From positions 842,819-906,818 of the forward strand of contig JAWQFM010000020.1 of assembly GCA_033442325.1 (NCBI GenBank): a DNA stretch of 64,000 nucleotides. Direction: 5' to 3'. Shown in pieces: positions 35,101 through 49,265 of this stretch. The notes beneath the pieces are model-generated. The model ran no database searches. It saw nothing but the letters and a program-made list of their open reading frames with translations, and was not told the origin of the DNA. Within the stretch, counting starts at the first letter, position 1. Every line of letters begins with the position of its first letter. Position numbers and translations under genes: made by a program. The stretch comes from Salpingoeca rosetta. Lineage: Eukaryota > Protista > Choanoflagellata.

Positions 35101-38100
35101 GAGGAAAGCGACGGCGAGACACACAATGACCGCGACGACAACGCCAATGGTGGCGACACCGGTGCTGGTGCCGGTGGTGCTGTGCAACGCGACGTGTATG
35201 CGGGCAAGTCTGCCATTGCAGCTGCACACCGCACCGTGGCCAAGGTGAAGGGCGCAGCTCGTGGTAGTGCTGGCGCTTCAGGGAACATGAAACACCCGCA
35301 GCAGCAGCATCAAGAGAAGCATGGGCAGGATGATGTGCAGCAGACCTCTGCCGATGCTTCCAGCGATGACACTGCTCCAAAGCGGTTTAGCATCGGTGCG
35401 TCTTTGATGTTTTGGCCCGGCTTTGTTTCTTCTCTGTTTATTGTATCGTGATACAGCGTAATGTGATCCTTTCGTATTTTGGAGTGGACCTGAATGCTTT
35501 GCACTGTGTGTATTTGTGTTTGTGTTATTTGTGTGTGTTATTGTTTGTGTGTGTGTGTTTATGTTTGTGTGTTTGTGTACATTTGTGTGTTTGTGTACAT
35601 TTGTGTGTGTGTGTGTTGTGTACGTGTATTTGTGTAGTTGTGTGTTTGTGTTTGCGTATGTGTATATGTGTGTGTGCGTGTGCGTATGTGTGTGTTATGG
35701 GGAGAGACCGCATGCCAGAACCCAAGTGACCAAACCATCCCTAATTGCCTCAACTCACAATGCATGCGTCGTACCATTTTTCAGATGCATATGGGAAGGT
35801 TGTACGGCACCCGAGCGTGGTGCTCACAGATGCCAACGGGTCGGTGCTGGCCGATTTGCTCGCTGACCAGCCTCAGGTGAGCTGCTATCCTGAAGACAAC
35901 AAGATATTGCGTGCAGGCTTTTTCAATGTATGCTCGCAGGCACAGGCACCGTGTACTCACTCCCCAACCACACACACACACTCACATACATACACTCACA
36001 CACACACACACGATATCATGCCTTGTTCGTTTCAACCACCACCGCCGCCACCGCCGCCACCGCCACCACCACCACCAGCAGCAGCAGCAGCGTGGCGAGA
36101 AGCGACTGGCGCCAACAACAGAGGAGGAAGACGGTGATGTTTCAGGCCTCGACATTGATGGCTTTGGTGTAGCACTGCTGGACCACCAGCAGGAACAGCA
36201 GCGGGACAAGCAGGAGCAACAGCGTCGCCACAAGGCGCAAGCAGACACCACGCATTCGCACCACCACCACCATCACGTTGATAGCGATGAAGAGCATGAC
36301 GACTACCACGGTGCCAGTTATGAGTACCACCACAGCCACCACAAGCATGAGGAGGTGACAGCCCATGATGATGCGCAGGCCAAGAACAGCAGGGGCAAAG
36401 AACACGGGGATGCCAAGCACGAGAGCACACCCCACCATCACCGTCACCATCACGATGATCACGATGACAACAGCGACAACGACGACAACGACGAAGAACA
36501 CCGCCACCGTCATCAGCATCATCATCATCATCACCGCGATTCACGCGAGGTGTGGGCGAGCCGCCTTGAGCAAGTGCCGGCTCGTCCATCGAGCCACGTT
36601 GATGCGGACGCGGCAGCCGCAGCTGCTGATCTGGCACCAAGCGATACGCGCTCACACGTTGATTTGCTGCAAGAGATTGACACGCTGCAGCACACGCTTG
36701 AGGCGACCCGGCGCGAGTCGAGTCGCAAGGACAAGGTCATTGATCGCTTGGAGGAGAAACTGAATTCAGTGCGCCGGGCCAAGGGTCTGGTGAACAGCAG
36801 CGACGAGGATGTGAGCGATGGCGCTGCCAGCACGCCACAGAAGAAGGACAAGAAGAAGAAGAAGAAGAAAGGGCAGAAGCACAAGGCGGCAGGTGGGGCT
36901 GAGGATGTGGGTGGTGACACGGGCAGCGAGCATGACAGCGACGATGGCAAGGGTGGCGAGGAGAACAGCGACCTGCCGTGGTCTGGCATGATGGATCGCC
37001 TGCGGTGCGATGTTGATCGCCAACTCCACGTCGTCGACATGCTCAGCGGCGCAACCGAGGTGCCGTACACATGTGTTTGCGTGTGTGTGTGTATGTGTGC
37101 GTGTGTGTGTGTTGACAGCATGTTTGGCTTGTTGTTGTAAAGACGTACTTTTGCATGCATTCTGTGATTGAACTCCGTATACCTTAAAACTCACATTTCG
37201 CTTCACCATGTCGTTGTGTTCTACCACCTCCAGGAAACCGTTGATTCTGAGGGTGAGCGCAAGCATCTGCGTAACTTGTTGCACGTTTTTGTTTCTCCCT
37301 TCTCGTCCCATTCGCATTCGTTGTGAGAAACTTGTGTGGTTGATCAAACGTTGCTGTAAGCTACGGCACCCTGTCATACTCATGCATACGTTTGTCAATG
37401 CATCGGTTGCGCAGTATTGATGTCGGCGCTCAAGGCTGCACAGACAGAACTCCTCTGCTTGCGCGAACTCAACTCCGTCAAGGTACCCACGTCGCGCGTG
37501 TGTCTGTGTGCTTCGATGTGTATGTGTGTGTATGGATGAACGCATGGTAGTCTGTGGTGACGCGTGTGAGCAGATGCATTCTTGTTTCCTTCTTCCGCTC
37601 TAGCAGTCGCGCCCACATACTAATGACCACCACTTCCGTTGTTGCTGATGTATGTAGACGGCGGAGAAGCTGCATCGTGACCTGGACGCGGCGAAAGCGC
37701 GCATCAAGGAGCTTGAGAGCGACCTGAATGCGGCCCGTGGCGAGCTCTCTCCAACCAAGCACGGCAGAGCTGGCGATGTGAACAACATGAGCCACATCAA
37801 TGGCGATGGTGGTGTTGGTTTTGCAGCAGCTGCAGCCGACAGCGTGCCTCCGTCCCCAATCGCCCCCGTCAATAGCGCCGCCAGCCCGCTCAACTTGCAC
37901 CGTGGTGAGTGGACATTCAGGATGGTTGGTGGCTGTGGTGGCGACGGCCGGGAGGAGCTTGCTTCCACCGCATGCTGCCTGTGCACATGTGCATGAGGCT
38001 GGTTCGTTTTGTTCGGTGTTGGTTGTGTGTTCCGCAACTGTTCGCCTTCTTTGCATCAGCACACTCCTCACACCCCTTGGCTGTCATCACACCTCACCAC

Positions 38101-39135
38101 CCTCCCCAAACACCTCCACAACAGAGACGCCTGTGTCGCCTGTTGTTGCTGAGGTTGACAGGATGGTTCGCAGCTCGCTCGAGCGGTCACGCCGCGTGGA
38201 AGAGTCATTCCGCGCGCGTCTCCTTCGCCAGCAGCACCTGGACAGCGTGCTCTCACCGCTGGGCAACAAGGAGAACGCTGCACCCGGCACATCCACCCCT
38301 CATCGCGGTGCTGGCAGTGCTGGTGCATCCGCTTTGCGCGGGCTGGGGCGGTCACCACCACCACCGCCGCCGCCACTGAGGTGGAACACACAAACAATGG
38401 AGGAGAAGGACCGCGAGATTGAACAGCTGCGCGACAAGCTGGCTGAGGCGCAGAGCACAATCGAGGAACTCAAGGGCAAGAACTTGCAGACAAGTCTTCT
38501 GCTTGGGGCCGAGCGCAAGCAGGCCGAGGCCAGGGAGCTTCACATCTCCTCCTTTGTGGTGCGCCTGTGTTTGTGTGTCTTTGCTTGCTTTATGCTTGTG
38601 TGTATGTGCGCATGGGCGTGTGCGTGCGTGTGTGTGTGACGTGGGTGGGCACTGCAATTCAACACATCTTGCAACTCATCTCAATTACTGCTTCTCGTTA
38701 CCAGGCCGCGCCTTCCTTTCACGGCACCGACAGCTTTGCAACTGCAAAGTGCGTCCGCAAGCCTTGCACGCATACACGTGTGCATGTCCATGTGCGAGTG
38801 TGCGAACGTTGCGTTGTTGCCAACCATTTTCCTTGCCACACGATTGAGTACTTATCACCGCCTTCATGCACCTCATCCACTCTCGTCACTGCATTCACAT
38901 TGCAATCAAACAGGGATGCTTCGATGCTCAACTCACTGCTGGCCATGTCGGATGACGAGCTGGAGCGCCTGCAGCACAGCAAGGTTTGCACAGCGTGCGC
39001 CGCTGCTGATGATATTCTGGCTGTGCATCCAAAGGTTACCACCCTGTTTAGTTGTTTCACACACACACACACACACACACTCACACACAAGTACAACGAA
39101 CGCTCATACCCTCTCTCACACACACCAACCAACCA

Positions 39136-39202
<67 letters not shown>

Positions 39203-39516
39203 ATGTGACTTCAGGTGACGACGCTCAAGTCGACGATTCAGAATGCGGCGCGGGTGCTGAGCTCGTTGGATGCAGAGCACATTGACGCATCGCTGCTGAA
39301 CGGTGACGGGTCAAGGACTGCCGCAGCAGCCACCTCGGCGGCGGCGGCGGCAGCGGCTGATCACCGCGTGCCTGAACGCAAACCGGGCAAGTACGAGTAC
39401 GTTCCCATCGCCAAGTCAGGGCGCAGCGACTGGAAGCAAACCGCCAGCAAGTGAGTGTGCGTGTTTTGAATTTGTAATAATCTACATACGTTTATTTGTG
39501 TGCATCTGTGATTGTA

Positions 39517-39561
<45 letters not shown>

Positions 39562-40081
39562 GTGCGTGCGTCTGTGATTGTACGTTTGATTGTGTGTGTG
39601 AGTGTGTGTGTGCGTTTGTATGTGCGCTTATGTCCTGTACCTTGTGCGTTCGCGAGTGAGGTTGCACGCTCTGACCATTCCCGATACCGCCGTGTTCATC
39701 TTGACGCATTCGCAGGGGTGAGGATGACAATGCTGCAGATGAGGACGAGAGGCAATCGCAGGGTCAGGCATCAGAGCACACGACTGCCTCGTCTGACTCC
39801 ATGCGGCCTGTGGCGATGAAACGCATTCCGTCAATGAACTTTGAGAAGCAGCGCCCACTGATTGAGGCAGACGAGACAGACTCGACGCACGCGCGGGCGC
39901 ACGGCGTACGCAAGGACGGCGAGGCGAGTGGCGATGGTGATGATCACAGCGCCAAGCAGCACATGCAGCACAAGCACGCGAAGCATGATGATGAAGGGCG
40001 GGAACACGACGCTCGCGTGTCTGATGGCGCGGGTGCACATCGCCAGGAGACACACGAGCACGATAAGCGTCAGCAATCATC

Positions 40082-40114
<33 letters not shown>

Positions 40115-42337
40115 ACAACAACAGCAAGCAGAGGCATCACAGCACCCAGCGACACAAGATGGGAAACAGCCGCAGCGCCACGACAGCGATGGGTCGATTG
40201 GGCAGTCCACGACACCAAGTGATGAGGCCAAAGAGCCGTCGCCAAAACAATCCACGTCCACGGAGGGGCAAGCACAGGTGGTGAGCGCATCAACCGACGC
40301 ACACGATGATGTGGACGCTGCTGCCGCCGCCGCCAAGCCCGAGAACAAGAAGCGCGGGGAGAGGCGTGTGCGTCTGCAGGTGCAGGAGCGAAAGACCAAC
40401 AGTCCCCATCGCAATTCAAAGCCAGCGCGTCGCAGTAGCCGACCGGACAAGAAGCCTGCTCGTCGCTCCATGCTCTCTCGTCAGCCGCGAAGCAGCGAAG
40501 AGTCACGCAGGTACGGGAGACGTGCACCTGACGTTGCATGTGTACGTGTGTGCGTGTGTCTGTGTGTCTCTGTGTGCGCGTGTCTGTGTGTGCGCGTGTC
40601 TGTGTCTCTCGTGTCTGTGTGTCTCTGTGTGTGCGTGTGTCTGTACGTGTAGTCTGCATGCACATGCGATGGACTGCCGCCTGCAGTTGCGCTGTGTGGT
40701 GCTGGATCCTTAAATCCACTGTCTGCTCGACAAAGCGCACGCGCACTCATGTTGATGCTGTGTTATCCTCAGGCGTTCTGAAGTGAGCTTGACCAGCTCG
40801 GCTCTGGCCCGTGTCCGTGGTGAGTTGACCACTGCCGCCCTCGGTGCGACAAGCATTGCGTCATGATTGCGTGTACTTTGTTGCTCCCTAAGCCTGCCTT
40901 GTGGGCAGTCGAAATGCTGCACTGTCGAATAACACCACGTCGTCTCTTCAACATCACAACCACGCTTTCGAAAACACACACACACAGACACACACACACA
41001 ATCTCTCTTCTCCTCACATAAACACGCACAAACACGCACAAACACATACAAACACATACACACACACATTTTCATCGATACCACCACTCACCACTCACGA
41101 CCCAACACGACGCCACCATTATTCATTGCGACTTAACTCAGGCGCGCGTCGTTCGTCGCTGCGCCGCTCCAGCTTCCAGTCTGCTCGCTCCCTGCAGAGT
41201 TCTCTGATCGAGGTCGGTACAGTGTGGCATGGCAGGGAATGCACGGTTGTGCGTTGTGTTCTGTGTGTGTGCGTGTGTACGTGTGTGCGTTCTGCGTGCG
41301 TGTTCGTAGCCAGGCAAGGGCCCGAGGAGGGGTGTTCATGACTCGTTTGTTCATATCGTGTGTGCGTACTCGTGTGTTGAACCACAGGGAGACTCCTCTG
41401 ACACATCTTCTGTCACGTCCAATGATGATATCGAATCCTACGTCGGAGGAAAGGTGTGTTGACGAGTCGCAGCTTGTTGTCGTGCTGCAACTGGGAACAC
41501 GGATGCACGTACCCATGACGTGCACGTGTGTGCGTGTGTGCGTGTGTTGGACCTCCCGGCATGTTTTCGTACATTCTCACACGCACGTTCACGGACACAC
41601 CCCAACACACCAAACACATCAAACGCATCAAACGCATCAAACACACTAAACACAACCGCGGATCAGCAGCAAGTGAGTCGTGCTCTGTCGGACGGTCTGT
41701 CCGCACGCGAGTCCTTCCTGGAGGACAACGACCCGCATCAGTACTTTGAATCTGGCGGCTCTGACGATGAGGAGATGGTGGAGACACTGCGCCGCCTGAA
41801 CGAAGCGACAGACACGAACGGCGCCGGCACCACGGGCTTCCTGCTTCCTGTGCGCGATCCGTTCATCAACAGCGGGCCAGCAAGCCATCGCAGCTCAAAC
41901 ATGTACCACTACGAGTACGACGATGACGGCCTGACAGAGTCTGCGTCCATGCTGACCGTGCCAATGAGTCGCACCAACTCTGCGTTTGACATGGAGCAGG
42001 TGCGATCGCGGAGTTCGCAGAGCGACGCCGACTCGAAGACGGGCGACTTTAGTCCGCGCAGCTCCCTGTTCCCCGCGCCGCCCGCACGTGCGCGCGCCAC
42101 ATCTGTGGAGAGTGTGCTGGTGCTACAAGACGTGTCACACCTGCACCGCCTTATTTGCAACTGCGGCATTGCAAACCCGAACAAATGCCCCAAGATCAAG
42201 AAGCTGCGCAGTGACCCAAATGCACAGTGCGTTCACTTGATGACTCATGCGATTGTCCTGCGTGCGTGCGTGTGTGTGTTTGTGTGTTTGTGTGTTTTGT
42301 TTTGTTTGCGTGCGTGTGCGCGTGCGTGCGTGCGTGC

Positions 42338-42385
<48 letters not shown>

Positions 42386-44493
42386 ATGGTCGTCGTGGTT
42401 GTTGTCGGATGTTGTGTGCGCGTGAGTCTGCGACATGTGTGTGCACAGGATGTTCTGCTTCGTGTTGGTACCTCAGCACTACCGACATCACACACGATGT
42501 TCACCAAGCAACTTACACGACATGCGGCTGCCATGACCGCAATCACTTCTTTCAGGGCGAATCTGCACCCGCAGATTTGCCGGTGCGACCAGGCGCCAGA
42601 GAACTGCCAGCTGCTGCAGGGCGTGTTGAGCAGCAACAAGAGCTCAAGGCGCGCAAGCAACGACATTGCGGGCGCTGGTGCCGCTGGTGCCAGCAACAAC
42701 ACCACCTCCGCTGCAGGTGCACACAGCGAGGACAATAACGGTTCGCTCGCGCCCAACACGCCCCGCATTGTGCTGACATCTGAGCGCAGTTCCCAAGAGA
42801 GCATCTACCACTTTCGTCACGAGGAGGAGGTGGATGGCGACGATGCAACGGGCGTGCTCACTGCCACGCCGAGCACAGCTTCCATGCACAGCCGCGGCGC
42901 TAGTGTTGACCATACGGGTCACTCACAGGTCATTCCCGGGCCCGAAGGGCGTGAGGACGAGAGCGACAACGAATCGGCATACACGAGCGCATCGCAGGCG
43001 CGCGTCAACTACGAGCTTGGTCTCATGTCTGCTAAGGAAGCAGGTGTGTGTATGAGTGTGTGTGTATGAGAGAGTGTGTGAGTGTGTGTGTGTGTGTTTG
43101 TGCTTTTGCATGTGAGTGCGCGCTTTTTGTATGCGAGTTTGTGAGAGAGTTTATGGTTGTTTGTGCGCGCGTGTACGTGCATGTGTGTGTATGTGTTCAT
43201 GGATACACAAGTGTGAGCGCGGTGCCCGTCGTGTGTTGCGTCGCGCTCGAGTGTAGTTTCAGTCGTCTTCCCCTCAACCACTTGGCTCACACATTCACGT
43301 CTGCATTTGGATTGTCTCCTACATCGTGCCAGATCAACGCGTGAACGCTGCCGATTCCTCACTGCAAGCTCGTTTGACCAAAGGCCGTGAGGGCGGCTGG
43401 TGGGCCCGCAAGGTGTGTTGGTGTCTTTGGATGCCAGTCACTGTGTTGCTGATGTGAACGAAGAGGCTGCTTTGTGTGGACATGTCTTTGGTTTGGTTGG
43501 GTTGCTTGTACAGTGCTGTTCTCTTTGCAACGTGTTGGCTCACTGCTTCTCCTCCTCCTCCTCCTCCTCCTCCTCCTCCTCCTCCTCCTCCACCGTCACC
43601 ACCACCATCACCATCACACAACGACGACAACAACACCAACGCGTGTGGCCACGTGACAGCTGAAGAGCAAGGCTGCCGCGAAGAAAAAGAGCGAAAGCGA
43701 AGGCGGCGATGAGCAAGCAGAAGGTGAAGGACAGGACGGCGCCAGTGCCGCTGCCACACGCCCTGGTGGCCTCTTCCGCAGCAAGATCCGCGCCATTGCG
43801 TTTGCTGCATCCAAGGCCAAGGCAACAGCGGCAGCGAGGGCGAAGAAGCAATCGAACACCATCTCCCCTGTGGGGTCCAGGTCGTCATCACCTGGACCCA
43901 CGCGGTCCATCTTGTCCCGCGTAAAGAAGTACGCCACCATCCACGACTTTGCGTCAACGGAGGACGGCGAGTCGCGTGCGGGCGCTGATGCCGCCATCAT
44001 GAACGATCTCGACAACGCCGCAGAGACACGGCGGGACACGGAGGTTGCAGACAGCGTGTTTGGGCTCTCGCGCCGTGGCTCGCGGCTGGCGAGCCTGCGT
44101 GCTGAGGCCATGCATGATAAGGCGAGCACCATCGCCGACTCTGAGACGGCGTCCACGACAAGCCATACGACTGCGAACACGTCGGAAACAGTTGACGGCG
44201 CTGCGTCGGCCAAGGAAGATGAGGTGGTGACGCCGCCGCCGCCTGGCGTTGTTGCCGCATTCCTGAACAAGTGGAAGAAGACGCTCATCGTTGTTGGCCT
44301 GATGCTCTTGGCGACTGTGCTGGCGGTGGTTGGCGCTGTTGTTATGTATCCAGAGCAGACATGGGCGGCTGTGGCCGGGGTGCAGGCAGCGTACACAGTG
44401 GCACACAACCGCATGAACAGCGCGTACGAGGCGTTTCATGAACTCGTCCCAGTCATCCGACACCCACCCGTGTGGATACCACGCACGACCTGA
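30994..44493 (+). CDS. Giant low-complexity protein with CAP-Gly domain, coiled coils and C-terminal transmembrane anchor (~23 exons, ~2,700 aa estimated)
   Basis: I traced phase-compatible GT-AG junctions from ATG 30994 to TGA 44493. CAP-Gly at 34741-35034 (LVFIGPL...WCGVIY...[28 protein letters not shown]). Coiled-coil exons at 36660-36780, 37660-37740 and 38400-38540. TM segment [23 protein letters not shown] at 44281-44349. Confidence 0.7.
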
Positions 44494-44993
44494 ACGCCAG
44501 GATCTGAAGCGGGAATGATTGCGTGAACCGGTGACCGGGGATGCGGTGCAGTTGTTGATGATGATGAAGGACAAGTGTACAGTCAGTCGCACAACAACAA
44601 GTCTGCCAACCATGGCATCATTGTTGGCGGCTCGTATTAAGTCTGTGTGTGTGTGTGTGTTGTTTGAAGAAAACTTTCTTACCAGCGTGTTTTGTGTATC
44701 TTCTGTTAATGAGAGGTGACAGTGAGGTAGGAAGGAGGAGATGCATTGTGCAAGCTGTTTCTTTTTGATTTTAATTTGCGTTGGTGGGTCTTTGTTTCTC
44801 ACTTGATTAACAGCTTCATTTCATTTTGGTTGCGGTGTGTTCATTCCAAGAATTACAACACAAACAAAACAAACAAGAGCTGTGTTGAACTGAACTGAGC
44901 TGGGCTGGTTGTGGTGCGGTGTGTGTTGGATGTATGTAGTGTGTTTGTGAATGTGGTGTGGTGTGTGTACGTGTGTTGTGCTGTGTGTGTGTG

Positions 44994-45155
44994 TCACAAC
45001 TCGTCCTTCGAGGGAGCGTTGTCGTTGGTGGTCTGCTTCTCCATCACAGCTGGTGAAGTCAAGAGAGAGCGCGACAGGCAGTGGTCGAAAAAGAATGCGA
45101 TGAGAAACGGCATGTGAGGGCACAAGCAGCTCGAGCCCAGGCCATCCTTATTCAG

Positions 45156-45200
<45 letters not shown>

Positions 45201-45392
45201 GCACATATTCACGGACGCGCACGCACACGCACACACACACAGACAGACAGACAGACACACACACACCTGTGTACTCGGCAACAAGCTCCTGTCCCCACGA
45301 CTGCTGTGAGTCTGTTCGCTGGATCAGGACAGCAAACCCGGTGGGCGTGACGCGTGCAACCCGAAACTCAAACTACGTACACATACACACAC

Positions 45393-45478
<86 letters not shown>

Positions 45479-46183
45479 ACACGCGCAAACAGGGGACACG
45501 TGTACGTTGTGTTGGTGCGTGGGAGTGTGGCGATGGCTCAGTGGATGCTGTGGCGGAAATAGCGAGAGGCAACACAGCGCTCACACGACGGAGCAGCAGC
45601 AAAACCAATCACAATGGCACGAACAGCAACAGGGAATTATCGCCACCAACATCACCACCACAGCAGCAGCAGCATGAAACCACACCTGATCACCGCAACA
45701 TTCGTTGACGGGGCGAATGGAGCGAATGACTGGCGTCACATCGGCGTCGGCAAAGAGGGGCAACTCAAATGACACGTTCAACTGCTTCATGTTGCCCTCA
45801 GAGGAGCCAACTGTGATGTTGCCTGCAATGCGTTTGCACGTGTGTGGTGCGAACACGAACGAAATGTCAATGCGAGAGCGACGCAGGGCCAACGTAAGTG
45901 GCATGCGTGCACAGAGATGAAAATGCGTGGGTATGTTGGCGTCAGTGCAGTTGCGACCGGCACCCTGCACGCCGTCTCACCTTGAAGCGACGTGGATGCG
46001 TCCACATCAGCAGCATCGATGCGCTCCTGCGTAACGGTAACCGAGCTGTCATCATCATCGTCAGCGTCATCATCGTCGTTTGCTCGGAAGGGAAACCAAG
46101 ATGGCAGTGCGCACGACACCGTCCCGTCTGCATTCTCAACCTGCAACCATGTGTACGCGAATGTGTGTGAAAGGTTTGTGATT

Positions 46184-46262
<79 letters not shown>

Positions 46263-46792
46263 ACTCGCACCCGCGTGTGTGTGAAGATTGATGTGCATGT
46301 GAACATGAGGAATTGATCCAACCCACCTCAACCGCCGGGCCTTTGCACACGCATGCGTAAGTGCCCTCCTCGTTCGTGCAGGTCTTTGGCCGATCGCACA
46401 CAAACTCCTCGCACTCGTTCACATCCTTGCAAGCTTCAGATCAGAGACCAAGTCGTGCAGGAGTGAAGACAACATGGTGAGAATCAAGCACGCGACGGCA
46501 CACTCACTTGAGCTTGCACAAACTTACACACACACAATGAACTGTGCCCCAACGAAGGGTGCACTGCGGCTGTTGCCGGACACCTCGTCCGCAACTGCCG
46601 CGCAAGCTCACCACTCACCTCCATCAACGCGCTCAAACCCAGCAGCACACGCTGTGCAGTCTGACGCCCCTGGTCCTGAGCAGCCACTGCTCGCATCGCA
46701 GCTTGAATGGCACGTCTCGCACCGGTAGCTGCCAGCCGTGTTGACGCACCCTTGGCCTGGTGTGTGTGTGTGTGAGTGAGTGTGTACGTGAA

Positions 46793-46841
<49 letters not shown>

Positions 46842-47181
46842 GTGTGTGTGTGAGTGAGTGAGTGAATGAGTGAGTGAGTGTGTGTCTGTGCGTCTGTGTG
46901 TCTGTGCGTCTGTGTGTCTGTGTGTGTTTGTGTATGTGTGTGTGTGTTGGTGCGAATTGGAGGAGTGCTCGTCGATGGCAGTTCCACCAAACCTTCAGTG
47001 CAGGGATAATCCAGGCACTCGTCCACATCCCGGCAGCCGCCGTCCGGTGCGGGCTCGTAACCGTCACGACTGCCGTGGACATGGCGACAGCAGTCAGCAT
47101 CGCAATGCAAGCGTGAGGTCATACGCAGTAGTAGTAGTAGTGGTGGTGGTGGTGGTGGTGGTGGTGGTGGTGGTGGTGGTG

Positions 47182-47217
<36 letters not shown>

Positions 47218-47486
47218 GTGGGTGTGTGGGTTCGTGTACGCATTAGGGCAGACAATAGCAGGGAGCATGGAGCGTTGTGGTCGAATGGGAACGAGCAGGC
47301 CGCGTTGTACGCGAGAGGAAGACGACACTTATTGTGGTCAACGAACCAAGCGTGGCAGTGTTGTGGTCCGTCACCGGAGCATCCGTCCAGACACGCCGCA
47401 TCACACGGCGCGCACTCAAACGATCCGGGCGTGTTCTTGCAGAACGTGTTCACGTCGTCCGAACACGAATTCGGGTCCGCTGCGCA

Positions 47487-47578
<92 letters not shown>

Positions 47579-47968
47579 CAGCCCAACTGGCGCCGCACCT
47601 GTACATGTGTTCTCGCAAGCAGCATCGCACGGCTCACACGTGGTCTGGCCACCCTGTAGCTGTTGCAGCGCAATCCAAATATCAGCAACCAGAAGCGTGC
47701 ACATACACACACATACACTCACGACAATGTGGTGTGTGTACACTCACGGCACACACTTCGTTCATGTAGAAGCCTGGGGCGCATTCACTGCATGTGGGGC
47801 CCGTGAAGTTATCTGTGCACTGCACCGTGAACACACGCACACATACAGGTGGTGAGAACGCACACATACAGGTGAATGTGCGGTGAGACAAGCAACATGT
47901 TAACTGCTCCTGTTTGCGACAGCCCCCGTGCACTGATGTGAGCGTATTGTTACGTGCTGCACCAAGAG

Positions 47969-48009
<41 letters not shown>

Positions 48010-49017
48010 CAACCTTGCACTTTCCGTTGCCGTGGCGGAAACCATCACCGCTGCACGTTCCGTGTCCAGAGCAGGGCGTATCAGCCCCACCAGCACATGG
48101 CTGGCACAGGGGCAATATACAAGTCGAAAGAAAAGGTGGCACTTGCGCGGTGAGCGGTGGTGGGACATGAAAGCACAGTCAAGAGGCACACGAGCGATGG
48201 TGTGCTAGGGTTCGCACGAACCTCATGCGCACACGGTCACGAGCAATGGGGATACATTGTACCCATGTCACATGTCCAGCTAACCTTGCATGTCTTGCCA
48301 TATGTGCCAGCCGGGCAGCAGTACTTGTGTTTGTCAATGCAGAGCCATTCTATGAGAGCATCGCGGGTGGTGGTGTCGTCTGGCCGCTCCTCTGTCCACC
48401 AGTCCTCGATGTCCTCCTCCAACTCCGCAAACACTTCCGTGCATCTGGCAAGTTGTGCGCGTGCGTATGCGTGAGTGAGTGAGTGAGTGAGTGAGTGAGT
48501 GAGTGAGTGAGTGAGTGAGTGAGTGAGTGAGTGGGTGAGTGGTGGAGGGCATGCGACCGTAACCACGGCAGCAGCACGGACAAGCCGCACGTGGTCACGT
48601 ACTTGTAGTCTTGCTGACAAACGCCCTCGAGTGCCACTGTCATCCGCGCCTCATTCATGGCGTACTTTCCGAGGAACTTTTCATTGTCCTTGGTCCACCT
48701 ATCAGCGCAGGTGTGTGTATATGTGTATGTGTGTGAGAGTGAGAGTATGAGTGAGTGCGTGAGTGTATGAGTGTGTATGTATGTGCGTGACTGCGGGAGT
48801 GTGTTGCTGTTGCCGCCTGTCCACTTGGCGTGTTGCTTCTCGACAGTGTTCAACGAACCCCTTTGACTCGCCGCGAAACTCAATGTCGTTCTCTGTCTTC
48901 TCAAGGCCTGCAAGAGTCAGCACGCACAGGCAGCCACAGTCACAGGAAGCGAAATGGTGCTGGTGGAACGCGCAAGAGAACACGACACACCATGCACGTA
49001 CACACACGCGTACACAC

Positions 49018-49078
<61 letters not shown>

Positions 49079-49265
49079 GCACACACGTACCGTTGAAGAA
49101 GTCGTCCACGATGCGCCTGCATGTCGTGCACTTGTGTTTGGCCTTCTCCGTGGCGCTGGACAGCCCGCGTCGTCCTTTCCTCCTCCCTTTGGCACCGTCC
49201 ACCACCACTGAACACAGCAGCAGCGCAACCGCCACAACAGCAACAACAGCAACAGCAGTCCTCAT
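44994..49265 (-). CDS. CRELD: CRELD-family protein (signal peptide, CxxC/WE domain, EGF and furin-like repeats) with C-terminal H-lectin-like domain and KDEL
   Basis: Signal peptide MRTAVAVV..., [74 protein letters not shown], Ca-EGF motifs DVDEC/DVNEC. Last exon ends APSKDEL*. Confidence 0.88.

Noticed and set aside
44350-44493. Canonical KASH domain call
   Set aside because: The luminal tail is ~47 aa and lacks a terminal PPPX. It is kept only as an analogy.
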